A stretch of 64,000 bases of DNA from Candidatus Bathyarchaeota archaeon. GTDB lineage: Archaea; Thermoproteota; Bathyarchaeia; Bathyarchaeales; Bathycorpusculaceae. A program made the translations under genes and the position numbers. This document shows, piece by piece, positions 9,638 to 19,864 of the stretch (its first letter is position 1; every line of letters begins with the position of its first letter). The stretch lies in assembly GCA_963833575.1 (NCBI GenBank), contig CAWHXY010000001.1, forward strand, positions 1-64,000, in the 5' to 3' direction. Under the pieces are notes generated by a model that saw nothing but the letters and a program-made list of their open reading frames with translations, searched no databases and was not told where the DNA came from.

Positions 9638-10342
9638 CTAAAGGCCTAGATACACTTCTTTTATGTGACTATTAGATAAAAGTTCCCTACTTTTTCCTTC
9701 TAAAACGATTTTGCCTTCCTCTAAAACGTAACCTCTATCTGCCACATTTAATGAGTCGTGAATGTTCTGTTCCACAAGTACAACTGTTACGCCTTCATCG
9801 TTGATTGTACGTATAGTATCTAACACTTTTTCAACGATAATTGGAGCCAAACCCAATGAAGGCTCATCGAGAATCAGCATTTGAGGGTTGCACATTAAAC
9901 TTCGACAAATAACAAGCATTTGCTGCTCGCCGCCGCTAAGCGTTTGAGCTAACGCTTTTTCCTTCTTTCTTAGCACAGGAAAAATCTCGTAAACATTTTC
10001 CTTAGATTCCTTAATCTTCGCCTTATCCTTTATTGTATAGGCACCCAACATCAAGTTTTCCTCAATAGTCATGCGGGGAAAAATTTCTCTGCCTTCAGGA
10101 ATCATTGTTAAGCCTTTTTTGACTATTTCATAAGTTGGCAGTTTCTCGATGTTTTCGCCTTTAAACTTGATTGTTCCATTTTTAGGATGCAGAAAACCCA
10201 TGATAGTTTTTACGATGGTCGTTTTTCCTGCTCCATTAGGGCCAATGATGCTTAGAATTTCTTTCTCTTCCACTTTAAAAGTTACGTCGCGGAGTATTTG
10301 CACCATGCCATACGCCGACGAAACATTCTGGACTTCTAGCAC
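9638..10342 (-). CDS. livF: ABC transporter ATP-binding protein (LivF)
   Basis: GPNGAGKT, LSGGEQQM, LDEPSLGLAP. Confidence 0.93.
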   Translation of the reverse strand: MLEVQNVSSAYGMVQILRDVTFKVEEKEILSIIGPNGAGKTTIVKTIMGFLHPKNGTIKFKGENIEKLPTYEIVKKGLTMIPEGREIFPRMTIEENLMLGAYTIKDKAKIKESKENVYEIFPVLRKKEKALAQTLSGGEQQMLVICRSLMCNPQMLILDEPSLGLAPIIVEKVLDTIRTINDEGVTVVLVEQNIHDSLNVADRGYVLEEGKIVLEGKSRELLSNSHIKEVYLGL

Positions 10343-10344
10343 GT

Positions 10345-11085
10345 TTACTCCTCCTCATTAAACGTGAACTTTTTGCCCAAGTAAACCTTCACAACGTTTT
10401 CATCATTACAAACTTGTTTGGGTGTTCCTTCGCAGATTTTTTTGCCATGTTGCAATACGATTACTCGGTCACATAAACCCATTATAACCCTCATAACGTG
10501 CTCAACAATTAGCACGCTTACCCCCTGCTTGTTAATTAGTTTGATAAGTGCAATGGCTTCATCTGATTCAGCTGGAGTTAAACCCGCAAGCAACTCGTCT
10601 AAGAGAAGCAATTTAGGACTAGTTGCTAAAGCCTTAGCAAGCTGTATACGTCGTAACTCAACCACGTTCAAGTTTTTTGCAGGAACATCAAATTTTTCTT
10701 TACCCAAACCAACAAAACCCAAAAGTTCCTGAGCCCTTGGCAAGGCACCAATTTTATCTTTTGATTTTTTCTCGTTGAAAAGCACACTTGTCAAAACATT
10801 TTCGATAGCTGTCATTTCAGGAAAAGACTGAACCGTCTGCGACGTCTTCGATATTCCTTTGGCGCAAATCTTGTATGGCGGTAATTTGGTGATGTCTTCA
10901 TTTAGAAAAACGATTTGGCCTGAATCTGGATTGTAAACGCCGCTAATAAGGTTCAAAAGTGTCGATTTTCCTGAGCCGTTTGGTCCTACAAGCCCCGTTA
11001 TTTCGTTGCTGTTTACCGTTAAATCCACTTTTTTTAATGCCTGAAGCCCTCCAAACTGCTTTGAAACTTCGGTGCACTTTAGCAA
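10345..11085 (-). CDS. livG: ABC transporter ATP-binding protein (LivG)
   Basis: FGGLQAL, GPNGSGKS, LLLDE, VEH, YLG. Confidence 0.9.
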   Translation of the reverse strand: MLKCTEVSKQFGGLQALKKVDLTVNSNEITGLVGPNGSGKSTLLNLISGVYNPDSGQIVFLNEDITKLPPYKICAKGISKTSQTVQSFPEMTAIENVLTSVLFNEKKSKDKIGALPRAQELLGFVGLGKEKFDVPAKNLNVVELRRIQLAKALATSPKLLLLDELLAGLTPAESDEAIALIKLINKQGVSVLIVEHVMRVIMGLCDRVIVLQHGKKICEGTPKQVCNDENVVKVYLGKKFTFNEEE

Positions 11086-11219
11086 ATTAGCAAATCTCCG
11101 ATTAGCAAGGAATTATTCAAAGTGCAAATATAAAGTTTGGTAAAATACTGTTCCTCGATTTTTAAAAAAAGAAGAAGACAAATTATTGTCAAAAAAGAAG
11201 TGACGATTAGCGGATGCTT

Positions 11220-11450
11220 TTATTCGCCCCAATCTTCGCCTTCAATTGTTAATTCTTGAAGATCTATGCATTCGCCTCCATTTGCGATTTTTTTGACTTC
11301 GAGTTCAAGTCCGCAACCAGGACAACTCAGCACTTCTCCCTTTTCAATGTCAAAGGGAATGTTGAGGTCTGAATCGCAGTCTGGACATTTGGTTTTGTTT
11401 CCTTTGTTTTGAAAATTTGAATTTACAGGATTAATCATTATTGTTTTCAC
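11220..11450 (-). CDS. lysW: LysW-type amino-group carrier protein
   Basis: CPDC..CPGC Zn ribbon and diagnostic C-terminal EDWGE; start uncertain (GTG 11450 or ATG 11438). Confidence 0.88.
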   Translation of the reverse strand: MKTIMINPVNSNFQNKGNKTKCPDCDSDLNIPFDIEKGEVLSCPGCGLELEVKKIANGGECIDLQELTIEGEDWGE

Positions 11451-11898
11451 TTTTTGGTATTACACTTTCAATAAATGATGAACCTTATTAAATATTGTGA
11501 CTTTTATGTTACAAATTATGCTATTCATGTTCTATTTGGTACACTTAGGCTAGAACAGAAAAATTCTAGAATACTTTTGTAAAAACATCCTGAAAACATT
11601 TCAAATCCTTTCCATTTCTTTCAAAGCTGACTTATCTGGGTTAAAGTTAAATCTCAATCTATTTTCTGGCGGTTTCAAAACTCTAAAGTTTTTTATTTGA
11701 TGGACTTGAATCCTTCTTGGTTCAAATTACTTTAAGACCTACATTGCTTCCAGTTCAAATCCACCTAGTTCATTCAAATTAATCCGTGCTGGGTTCTTGA
11801 AAAATGTCGGCAAGGAAAGAATTCGAATCCATTAACTATTGAGCGTTGGGGCTCAAAGAAAGGCTAGAATAGTCCAATCTTTTTCTCTAATGCTATCC

Positions 11899-12864
11899 TC
11901 AGAAGGTGGATATATACTGACGTTGGCCAGGCCAAGCAGCAGGGAGCTGCCTCAACCTTGATTCCGTCCTTTTAATATTTGATATTTTTGCTATCTGGTC
12001 ACTAATGTCCATCATATTTTTACAATCTTTAACTAAAGCAACAACTTCCAGATCGAAGGTTCCACTTATTTTTACCAGATACGTTACCCCCGGCATTTCC
12101 GATAATTTGTTGACAATTTCGTTTACTACGCTTTGATCTGCGAGTCCTATGCTAATTTCCAAAATACCTTGAAAGCCCAACTCTAAAGGGTTAACTTGAA
12201 TTGAAACTTTGATAAAATTGTTCTCTTTGAGCCTTTCATATCTTCTCGCTATAGTAGCTGTTGTTGTCCCAATTTGCTGAGCAATTTTTCTGAAAGATAA
12301 GCGACCGTTTTCAGTAAGTGCATCAATTATTTGCATGTCCATTTCATCAATTTTTAGGGTTGGTTTTTTGACTTTTTCTTTAATGTAGTTCTCGACGTTT
12401 TGAGTTTCAGAAGGATTTGACAAAATATTTTCTGGTATGTTCCTAACGTCTGTCCAAATCTGTGTTTCAAACTCATTTATCTTGGTTTGTTTACAGATGA
12501 TTTGTTTAACACGATCCAGATCACTTAGGGAATGTAATCGATAGATGGCTGCAATATTGTGTTTTGAATTATAGTAGCGACATGTCCCAATATCAGTAAT
12601 CTTGCGTAGTCGATTTAGAACATAATCAGCATCTTGCGATTCTGTATTTATCAGAATCAAAGCAAGTCCGCTGTAGCCTAGTTTTTGAAAATTAAATTGA
12701 ATGGTTGCGCCTACAATTATGCCTGCTTTTTTCAACTCTTTGTAATGTGTCCAGATGACATCTTTTGACACATGGCACTGTGCAGCGATGGAGGTAAAGT
12801 TTCTTCGCCCATCATTGAGAAGTGCTCTAAGAATTTTGACGTCTATGTCTCCGAGGTTTTTCAT
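11899..12864 (-). CDS. Tandem (duplicated) Lrp/AsnC transcriptional regulator
   Basis: Two HTH+RAM units: DVKILRALLNDGR and DMQIIDALTENGRLSF. Confidence 0.9.
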   Translation of the reverse strand: MKNLGDIDVKILRALLNDGRRNFTSIAAQCHVSKDVIWTHYKELKKAGIIVGATIQFNFQKLGYSGLALILINTESQDADYVLNRLRKITDIGTCRYYNSKHNIAAIYRLHSLSDLDRVKQIICKQTKINEFETQIWTDVRNIPENILSNPSETQNVENYIKEKVKKPTLKIDEMDMQIIDALTENGRLSFRKIAQQIGTTTATIARRYERLKENNFIKVSIQVNPLELGFQGILEISIGLADQSVVNEIVNKLSEMPGVTYLVKISGTFDLEVVALVKDCKNMMDISDQIAKISNIKRTESRLRQLPAAWPGQRQYISTF

Positions 12865-13275
12865 ATTATTGATTTTTCCCGTTTTACTACATAATTAAGA
12901 TATGTTTAAGATTTTTCTTTTTGTTTATTTCCCAATTACGGTTATATTTGATAGATCTTGCGATGCTTGCGGGAAAATGATAAGTTTGGGCTTTAATAGT
13001 TGCCTAAGATGTCAAATTTACTTCTGCTCTCTGTGCTCATACTATTAAGAAGCTGGAATAAGCGTGAACTTTGTTTTTTGTCTCCGCAGAATCTGTTGTC
13101 ATTGTGGATGAATCGAAATGTGTTATCCTCTTTTTTCTTAAATTTAGTCTTTAACCGAATATGTGAAATATTCGTTTAAAATTTACTGATTTAACGATTT
13201 TGTTCATTATTTTTAGTCATGTTGAAAAGTCTTATAAAGAAATCGTTGAAAATAATGACTTAGGAGAAAAGAAAA

Positions 13276-15882
13276 ATGAAAACTGTAAAACAAAAAACAG
13301 AAGCTATTGCAATTGCTATATTTTTAATGTTTTCAATGACAGCTTCAATGATATTACTACCAAATGTTAGTGCACATACTCCGCCAATCCAGGTTCCTAC
13401 ATACGCGTTCATTAATGTTGCGCCCGAACCTATCGGAGTCGGCCAGCAAGCTACTGTTGCTTTCTGGCTTGACAAAGTCCCAATTGGAGCAGAAGGACTC
13501 TACGGCGACAGATGGCACGGGTTTACAGTAACAGTTACTAAGCCTGACGGAACCACTGAGGTGCTAGGACCTTTTAATTCGGATGTTAACGGCGGCGCTT
13601 CAACAAGATATACACCTAACCAAGTTGGCACTTACACATTCTTGTTCAAATACCCTGGGCAAGTAGCACAAAATGCAAATCCATATCCCTATACTCCTGG
13701 GTTTGTTCCACTAGGACTTGACTATGTAAATGACACTTTTCTGGCAAGTAGTGCAACCACGACACTAACAGTGCAGCAACAGCCAGTAATAACGGCTTAT
13801 GGACAAGCTCCGCTTCCAACAGCATACTGGACTCGCCCCATAAATTCAATGAATAGAGAATGGTCTGTAATTGCCGGCAACTGGATTGGGCTTGGAGTGA
13901 CAACATTTGGCGCAACTGGGCTCCTGGCAAATACAGGCAACTATGACCCATATACTACAGCTCCCAACAGTGCTCACATAATGTGGACTCAACCATTGGC
14001 TTTCGGGGGTCAGATCGGAGGCGAATTCGGTAGCAGTGAAACTGGTCTTTACTCAACCGGGACAGCATACGAAACCAAGTTCGGAGCAGTTATACTTAAC
14101 GGGATTCTTTACTACACAGAATATCCTGGCGCTGGAAACAACCCGACAGGCTTGAAAGCTGTCGACATAAGAACCGGAAATACAGTATGGGAAAAACCCA
14201 TCACTACCCCACTGAGATGCGGCATGATATTGAACTTCATAACAGGAGATCAATACGGCGGACACGCTTACTTGTTCTGTGCCCCTGCAGCGATCGGATT
14301 CATTCCTTATCCACCTGGAAGCAATTGGGAAATGTATGATGCAATGACAGGCGCTTGGATACTCGACATCAATAATACAAATGCTGGTACACTTGTAGAA
14401 GGTCCAAATGGCGAAATACTAAGCTACACTGTTGCAAATGGCATGCTAACTATGTGGAATTCAACTAAATGTATCTCAGCTGGATCAACAAAGAATCTAT
14501 TTTATACGGTTTATAGCTCTTCGGAAATTTGGCGGCCTCCACAAGGAGCAACTATTGATTGGAGTGCAGGATACCAGTGGAGTGCGCCACTGGCCACAAG
14601 CATTAGCGGCGTACCCATAATTCCAGGCTTAGCCATTTCCAAAGTTGATAGCGGCGTAGTTCTTACGACAGCAGTGCCGGGAGGTATATTTACTGGACCA
14701 CCAGGTGGATCCCAATTAGGTTATGAAATTGATGCAGGCTATAGTGCGACCACAGGTCAGCTGCTTTGGGGTCCGGTTAATCGGACTTTAACGCCATTCA
14801 CAACTGTTGCTTTGCAGGCTGGTGATGGAAAATATGCTGTTTACACGCAACAACTTGAGTCTTGGACTGGTTATGATATTACAACTGGGCAGAAACTTTG
14901 GACAACTCCCGCTGAAAACAGTTCTTGGGGCTATTATGATTTCTCAGGCGATGGTGCTTTTGGCTATGGCAGCTTTTACACGTGGGGCTTAGGTGGAACA
15001 ATATATGCCTATAATTCGACAACTGGAGCGCTAGAGTGGACTTGGAATACTGGAAACTCCGGAGTAGATACTCCATATGGCTCATGGCCTTTGGGAACAT
15101 GGGCGACGCACTACATTCTTGCAGACAACAAATTTTATGTTAGGGCTGGTCATGACTACACTCCGCCAGTGTTCAAAGGGGCACAGCTTTACTGCATTAA
15201 CGCTACGGATGGAAAAGAAATCTGGGATTCATTAAGTTTTGACATAGAAGGCTCACCAGCTATAGCTGATGGCTATATGGTTTGGTTTAACGGCTATGAC
15301 AATCAAATATACTCTTATGGCAAAGGCCCCAGTGCTCTAACTGTCACTGCACCACAGGCTGGCGTAGAAGTTGGCAAATCAATAGATATTAGCGGTACGG
15401 TCTTGGATATCTCGGCAGGTACGCAGCAAGATGCAGTGAAAGCTAACTATCCGAACGGTGTTCCAGCGATTTCAGACGCAAGCCAAAGTGCATGGATGAA
15501 CTACTTATACGAACAGCAGCCAATGCCGACTAATGCAACAGGAGTTCCTGTATCAATCGATGTCATAGATTCTAACGGCAACTACCGAAACATAGGTACA
15601 ACAATCTCTGACATGAGCGGTACTTTCAGATTTAGCTGGAAACCTGATATTGCAGGCAACTACACTGTGATCGCTACTTTCCACGGTTCTGATTCATATT
15701 ATCCATCATATGCGGAATCTGGGTTTGTCGCTGATTCAGCACCAACAACAACCACTGCTGTTCCTACATCCGCACCCGCCTCTGTTGTTGATACTTACTT
15801 TGCTCCTGCCGTCGTTGGCATAATATTGACTATCGTCATAGTTGGCGCTGCAATAATACTCCTACAAAGAAAACGACCATAA
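13276..15882 (+). CDS. Secreted, C-terminally anchored PQQ-like beta-propeller surface protein (paralogue 1)
   Basis: Signal peptide, repeated xxTGxxxW blades, Thr/Pro linker, TM helix and KRP tail. Confidence 0.85.
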   Translation: MKTVKQKTEAIAIAIFLMFSMTASMILLPNVSAHTPPIQVPTYAFINVAPEPIGVGQQATVAFWLDKVPIGAEGLYGDRWHGFTVTVTKPDGTTEVLGPFNSDVNGGASTRYTPNQVGTYTFLFKYPGQVAQNANPYPYTPGFVPLGLDYVNDTFLASSATTTLTVQQQPVITAYGQAPLPTAYWTRPINSMNREWSVIAGNWIGLGVTTFGATGLLANTGNYDPYTTAPNSAHIMWTQPLAFGGQIGGEFGSSETGLYSTGTAYETKFGAVILNGILYYTEYPGAGNNPTGLKAVDIRTGNTVWEKPITTPLRCGMILNFITGDQYGGHAYLFCAPAAIGFIPYPPGSNWEMYDAMTGAWILDINNTNAGTLVEGPNGEILSYTVANGMLTMWNSTKCISAGSTKNLFYTVYSSSEIWRPPQGATIDWSAGYQWSAPLATSISGVPIIPGLAISKVDSGVVLTTAVPGGIFTGPPGGSQLGYEIDAGYSATTGQLLWGPVNRTLTPFTTVALQAGDGKYAVYTQQLESWTGYDITTGQKLWTTPAENSSWGYYDFSGDGAFGYGSFYTWGLGGTIYAYNSTTGALEWTWNTGNSGVDTPYGSWPLGTWATHYILADNKFYVRAGHDYTPPVFKGAQLYCINATDGKEIWDSLSFDIEGSPAIADGYMVWFNGYDNQIYSYGKGPSALTVTAPQAGVEVGKSIDISGTVLDISAGTQQDAVKANYPNGVPAISDASQSAWMNYLYEQQPMPTNATGVPVSIDVIDSNGNYRNIGTTISDMSGTFRFSWKPDIAGNYTVIATFHGSDSYYPSYAESGFVADSAPTTTTAVPTSAPASVVDTYFAPAVVGIILTIVIVGAAIILLQRKRP

Positions 15883-15895
15883 ATGAATCAAGAAG

Positions 15896-15923
15896 AAACA
15901 AATTTCCTTTTCTTTTTTTTGTT
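15896..15923 (+). terminator. Oligo-T terminator motif shared with the other two propeller genes
   Basis: AAACAAATTTCCTTTTCTTTTTTTTGTT just after the stop. Confidence 0.55.
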
Positions 15924-16198
15924 CAAATATTAAGTAAAATATGGGGCTGAGTGGGCTCTGGTTAGATTTCACGAGATAGCTATGGTATTTGGAAAATAGC
16001 GCATTTGCATTTGCACTGTTTTTCTCCTTATGTTTTCCAGAGCCTCAGCAAACCCTATTTTTTACTTGAATAAATATTTGATACTGAAACTTGAAAACGC
16101 AAGGTTAGGCTTGCAGGGTGTTTCTGTTTTAAATATACAAACTTAAGGTACGTTACAGTTAAATATTATTCTAAACCATTGAAATATGGGTATCGCGT

Positions 16199-16645
16199 TT
16201 GCCTATAACTCAAGTAAGTGTATTTCTAGATAATCATCCGGGCTCGCTTTTTGATGTTATGTCGAAGCTTGACGAAAATAAATTGAAAGTTTTTGCGCTG
16301 TCAATTGCTGATGCAGGCGAGTTTGGTTTAGTGCGGTTAATAACTGAAGAGCCCCACATAGCCTCCAAATTCTTAGAAGATGCAGACTTTAACCTAGCAA
16401 AGTCTAAGAAAAACACTGAGGTCACGGCAATTTTCATTTCTGCTCAAGAAACGCTATCAAAAATTACTAAAATTTTAGGTGACGGAGGCATTAACATAGA
16501 ATATGCATATTCATCAGCTATCCACGTTGACGGCAAAGTCGCATTAATATTGCGTCCAAGTAATGTTGAGAAAGCAGAGCAAATGTTAACTGCCAATGGC
16601 GTTGCAGTTCTTTCGCTTGAGGAAATCAAAAAATATTTCCAGTAA
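16199..16645 (+). CDS. Tandem ACT-domain protein (type usually linked to paaK/ior)
   Basis: QVSVFLDNHPG, ALSIADAGEFGLVRL, GINIEYAYS. Confidence 0.88.
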   Translation: MPITQVSVFLDNHPGSLFDVMSKLDENKLKVFALSIADAGEFGLVRLITEEPHIASKFLEDADFNLAKSKKNTEVTAIFISAQETLSKITKILGDGGINIEYAYSSAIHVDGKVALILRPSNVEKAEQMLTANGVAVLSLEEIKKYFQ

Positions 16646-16790
16646 GCAAACTTTCATCGCTATTTTCAAGACTCAAGAATACATATATTAACGGCATTTG
16701 TGAAGTTGTGCTCCATAAAACAATTAAAAGGGATGGTAAACTTAATTTACGTCCATTATATTGGAGCAATAACCAAAGGTTAGATCGAAA

Positions 16791-19637
16791 ATGGGAACAT
16801 TAAATCTTGACAAGATTTTCGACCCTCAAAGCGTAGCTATAGTCGGAGCCAGCGACGCGGAAGGATCAGTTGGGTACGCAATTGTTAAAAATTTTACCCA
16901 AATGGGTTACACCGGCAAAGTTTACTTTGTAAACATCCGAAAGCCTGAGATTTTGGGAGTTAAAACTTACAAATCAGTTGACGAAATTCCAGAGCCCGTT
17001 GATTTAGTCATGATCGCCACGCCTGCAAAAACCGTTCCTGACGTTATGGAGGAATGTGGACGAGCAAAAGTTAAAGGTGTTATCATCGTATCTGCAGGTT
17101 TCAAAGAAACTGGTCCTGCAGGAAAAGCTTTGGAAGACAAAATCCTTGAAAGCGCCAAAAAATATGGAATCCGAGTTATTGGTCCAAACTGCATCGGCAT
17201 GATCCGACCCAGAGTAAACCTTAATGCCACTTTTTTAGACAAAATGCCTAAACCAGGCAATGTTGCTTTTCTATCTCAAAGCGGCGCTTTAGGCTCTGCA
17301 ATTCTTGACTGGGCAATCCACGAAAACATCGGCTTTAGCAATTTTGTCTCAGTCGGCTCTATGATTGACGTAGACTTTGGTGATCTGATTGATTATTTTG
17401 GTTCTGATCCAAAAACTAAAAGCATATTGATGTATGTTGAAGGCATAACTCAAGCACGCAAATTTATGAGTGCAGCAAGGCATTTTGCAAGAACCAAACC
17501 AATAATCGTAGTTAAATCAGGAAAATTCGCAGAAAGCGCAAAAGCAGCAGCTTCTCACACAGGTTCGCTTTCAGGCGAAGATGACATTTACGACGCAGCC
17601 TTCAAACGCGCCGGAATCGTTCGAGTCAACGAAATCGCTGATCTGTTTAATTCAGCTGAAGTTTTAGGAACACAGCCCCTACCTAAGGGTCCTAGGCTTG
17701 CCATAATAACTAATGCAGGTGGACCTGGAGTAATGGCAACTGACGCTTTGATCGGTCAAAACGGTAAATTGGCTAAGTTAAGCCAAAAATCACTTGATGC
17801 ACTTAACGCTGTCCTGCCTCCTTTCTGGAGTCACGGAAACCCAATTGATGTCTTAGGTGATGCAAAATCTGAACGCTACAAAACTGCGTTAGACGTTTGC
17901 CTCAACGACGAAAACATCGATGGGATTCTAATTATTTTTACTCAACAAGCAGTTTCAGAATCGGTTGAAATAGCCAAAAACATTGTTGAACTTGTACGCA
18001 ACAAATCTTACCAAAACAAAACAATCCTGACCTCGTTTATGGGATATGGCGCAGTGTTAGAAGCAAACAGCATTCTGAACGCAAATAACATTCCAACCTA
18101 TTCAACTCCTGAACAAGCAATCAAGACATACATGTACATGTATGAATACCAACGCAACATCGATCTTCTATACGAAACCCCTGAAGAGTTGCCAGTTGAC
18201 GCTTCACCACCCAAACGCCCAATCATGGTAATATTAAGAAACGCAGCGTTCGAGGGTCGAGAAGTCTTAACTGAAGATGAAGCTAAAAAAATACTCAAAT
18301 ATTATAATTTCCCAATAGTAAGGACTGCAGCTGCAAACAACGTGGAAGAAGCAGTTACATTTGCCCAAGAAATGGGCTTCCCAGTCGTACTAAAAATTCT
18401 GTCACCCCAAATCGTCCATAAAACTGACGCAGGCGGAGTAATCCTAAACATTAACTCACCAAACGAAGTCCGCGAAGCCTTCGAGGTTCTAATACAAAGG
18501 GCCACAGCGTACAATCCAACCGCCCAAATAATCGGCGTCACGGTTCAACCCATGATCGAAAAGAAAGGGCAAGAAATAATTATCGGTGGAAAAACCGACC
18601 CAGTTTTCGGACCCGTAATACTGTTCGGTATGGGCGGCGTAGGAGTAGAACTCTTCAAAGATTATTCAATTGGTCTTCCGCCATTGAATACAACACTTAT
18701 TCATCGGATGATGGAAGAAACTAAAATTTACCGCTTACTCAAAGGGTACAGAGGTTCACCTGCAGTTGACCTTAAAAAACTCGACGAAACTCTGCTGCTT
18801 TTCTCTCAATTACTTGTTGATTTCCCGCAAATAAAAGAAATTGATATTAACCCAATGTTAATCAGCGAAAAAGAAGCATGCATACTTGATGCTCGCATTG
18901 TAATTGACAAAGATGCGGTTTGCCATAAATTTGATCCACACGAGCACATGGTCATTAGCCCTTATCCAAAAAAAGACGAAATTCTGTGGCAACTGAAAAA
19001 CGGTCAAGAAGTCATGCTTCGCCCCATAAAACCAGAAGATGAACCTATGTGGCTGGAAATGTTCCAAAGCTTCTCCGAAGAATCCATACGATACCGGTTC
19101 TTCCAAATGCTCAAAGATACCCCGCATGAAGTCCGTGTCCGCTACTGCAACGTCGATTATGACCGAGAAGTCGCCATTGTTTCCGAAATGGATGAAAATG
19201 GTAAAAGGAAAATACTTGGTGTAGCTCGCGTTAGCCTCGAATCTGATGGAAGAAGCAGTGAAATGGCCTTCATTGTAAGCGACTACTGGCAGGGTTTAGG
19301 TTTAGGCACTAAAATGGTTGATTACGTGCTTGATCTCGCAAAAGAAAAAGGCGTTGAAAACGTCTACGCAATTATGCTACCTGACAACTACAGAGCTTTG
19401 AGCCTGACAAAGAAAATGGGTTTCACAATTGAATACTTAAGCGATGGCACTGTCAAAGCATCACTTAACCTGAAAAACGAAGACGTTGATTCAAGATGTC
19501 CAGTTATAAGCCCGGTCATTGGTCCAGTTATAACGTTGCCTGAACCTCCACGTGAGCAACCTGAGCAGATAATTACAGCGGTACGAGAAGAAAAGAAAAA
19601 GGAATCTAAAGCACAGCGAGAGCTAACACCGGCGTAA
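16791..19637 (+). CDS. ADP-forming acyl-CoA synthetase (alpha+beta) fused to a GNAT acetyltransferase (Pat/YfiQ-like)
   Basis: CoA-binding N-terminus, GPNCIG, SQSGA, ASHTGS, TNAGG, HKTDAGGV, DINP; C-terminal GNAT with QGLGLG. Confidence 0.9.
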   Translation: MGTLNLDKIFDPQSVAIVGASDAEGSVGYAIVKNFTQMGYTGKVYFVNIRKPEILGVKTYKSVDEIPEPVDLVMIATPAKTVPDVMEECGRAKVKGVIIVSAGFKETGPAGKALEDKILESAKKYGIRVIGPNCIGMIRPRVNLNATFLDKMPKPGNVAFLSQSGALGSAILDWAIHENIGFSNFVSVGSMIDVDFGDLIDYFGSDPKTKSILMYVEGITQARKFMSAARHFARTKPIIVVKSGKFAESAKAAASHTGSLSGEDDIYDAAFKRAGIVRVNEIADLFNSAEVLGTQPLPKGPRLAIITNAGGPGVMATDALIGQNGKLAKLSQKSLDALNAVLPPFWSHGNPIDVLGDAKSERYKTALDVCLNDENIDGILIIFTQQAVSESVEIAKNIVELVRNKSYQNKTILTSFMGYGAVLEANSILNANNIPTYSTPEQAIKTYMYMYEYQRNIDLLYETPEELPVDASPPKRPIMVILRNAAFEGREVLTEDEAKKILKYYNFPIVRTAAANNVEEAVTFAQEMGFPVVLKILSPQIVHKTDAGGVILNINSPNEVREAFEVLIQRATAYNPTAQIIGVTVQPMIEKKGQEIIIGGKTDPVFGPVILFGMGGVGVELFKDYSIGLPPLNTTLIHRMMEETKIYRLLKGYRGSPAVDLKKLDETLLLFSQLLVDFPQIKEIDINPMLISEKEACILDARIVIDKDAVCHKFDPHEHMVISPYPKKDEILWQLKNGQEVMLRPIKPEDEPMWLEMFQSFSEESIRYRFFQMLKDTPHEVRVRYCNVDYDREVAIVSEMDENGKRKILGVARVSLESDGRSSEMAFIVSDYWQGLGLGTKMVDYVLDLAKEKGVENVYAIMLPDNYRALSLTKKMGFTIEYLSDGTVKASLNLKNEDVDSRCPVISPVIGPVITLPEPPREQPEQIITAVREEKKKESKAQRELTPA

Positions 19638-19864
19638 CTAACTAAAGATCAGTCTTTTTTTCATTTTTATTTAAGATTATTAGAAAGAAAACAGCGATCA
19701 ATGTCATTTAAGCACAAACCTTCATAGATCGTCAATAATTAAGGTTTTTTTCTTAGATTTTTCCTGTAAAACTCCAGTTTTTGCCCCCTATTATATTTTT
19801 ATACTAAAACTTTCTGTAGTAAGTTGAGATTGATTCTCATAAGACTCAAAGGAAGATCAACCGT

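Noticed and set aside
11474-11510. ATGATGA as a C/D box sRNA
   Set aside because: No suitably placed CTGA D box; lies in the lysW promoter region
13276-15882. Call as PQQ-dependent alcohol dehydrogenase
   Set aside because: Only generic propeller repeats are visible; no recognisable quinoprotein active-site motifs
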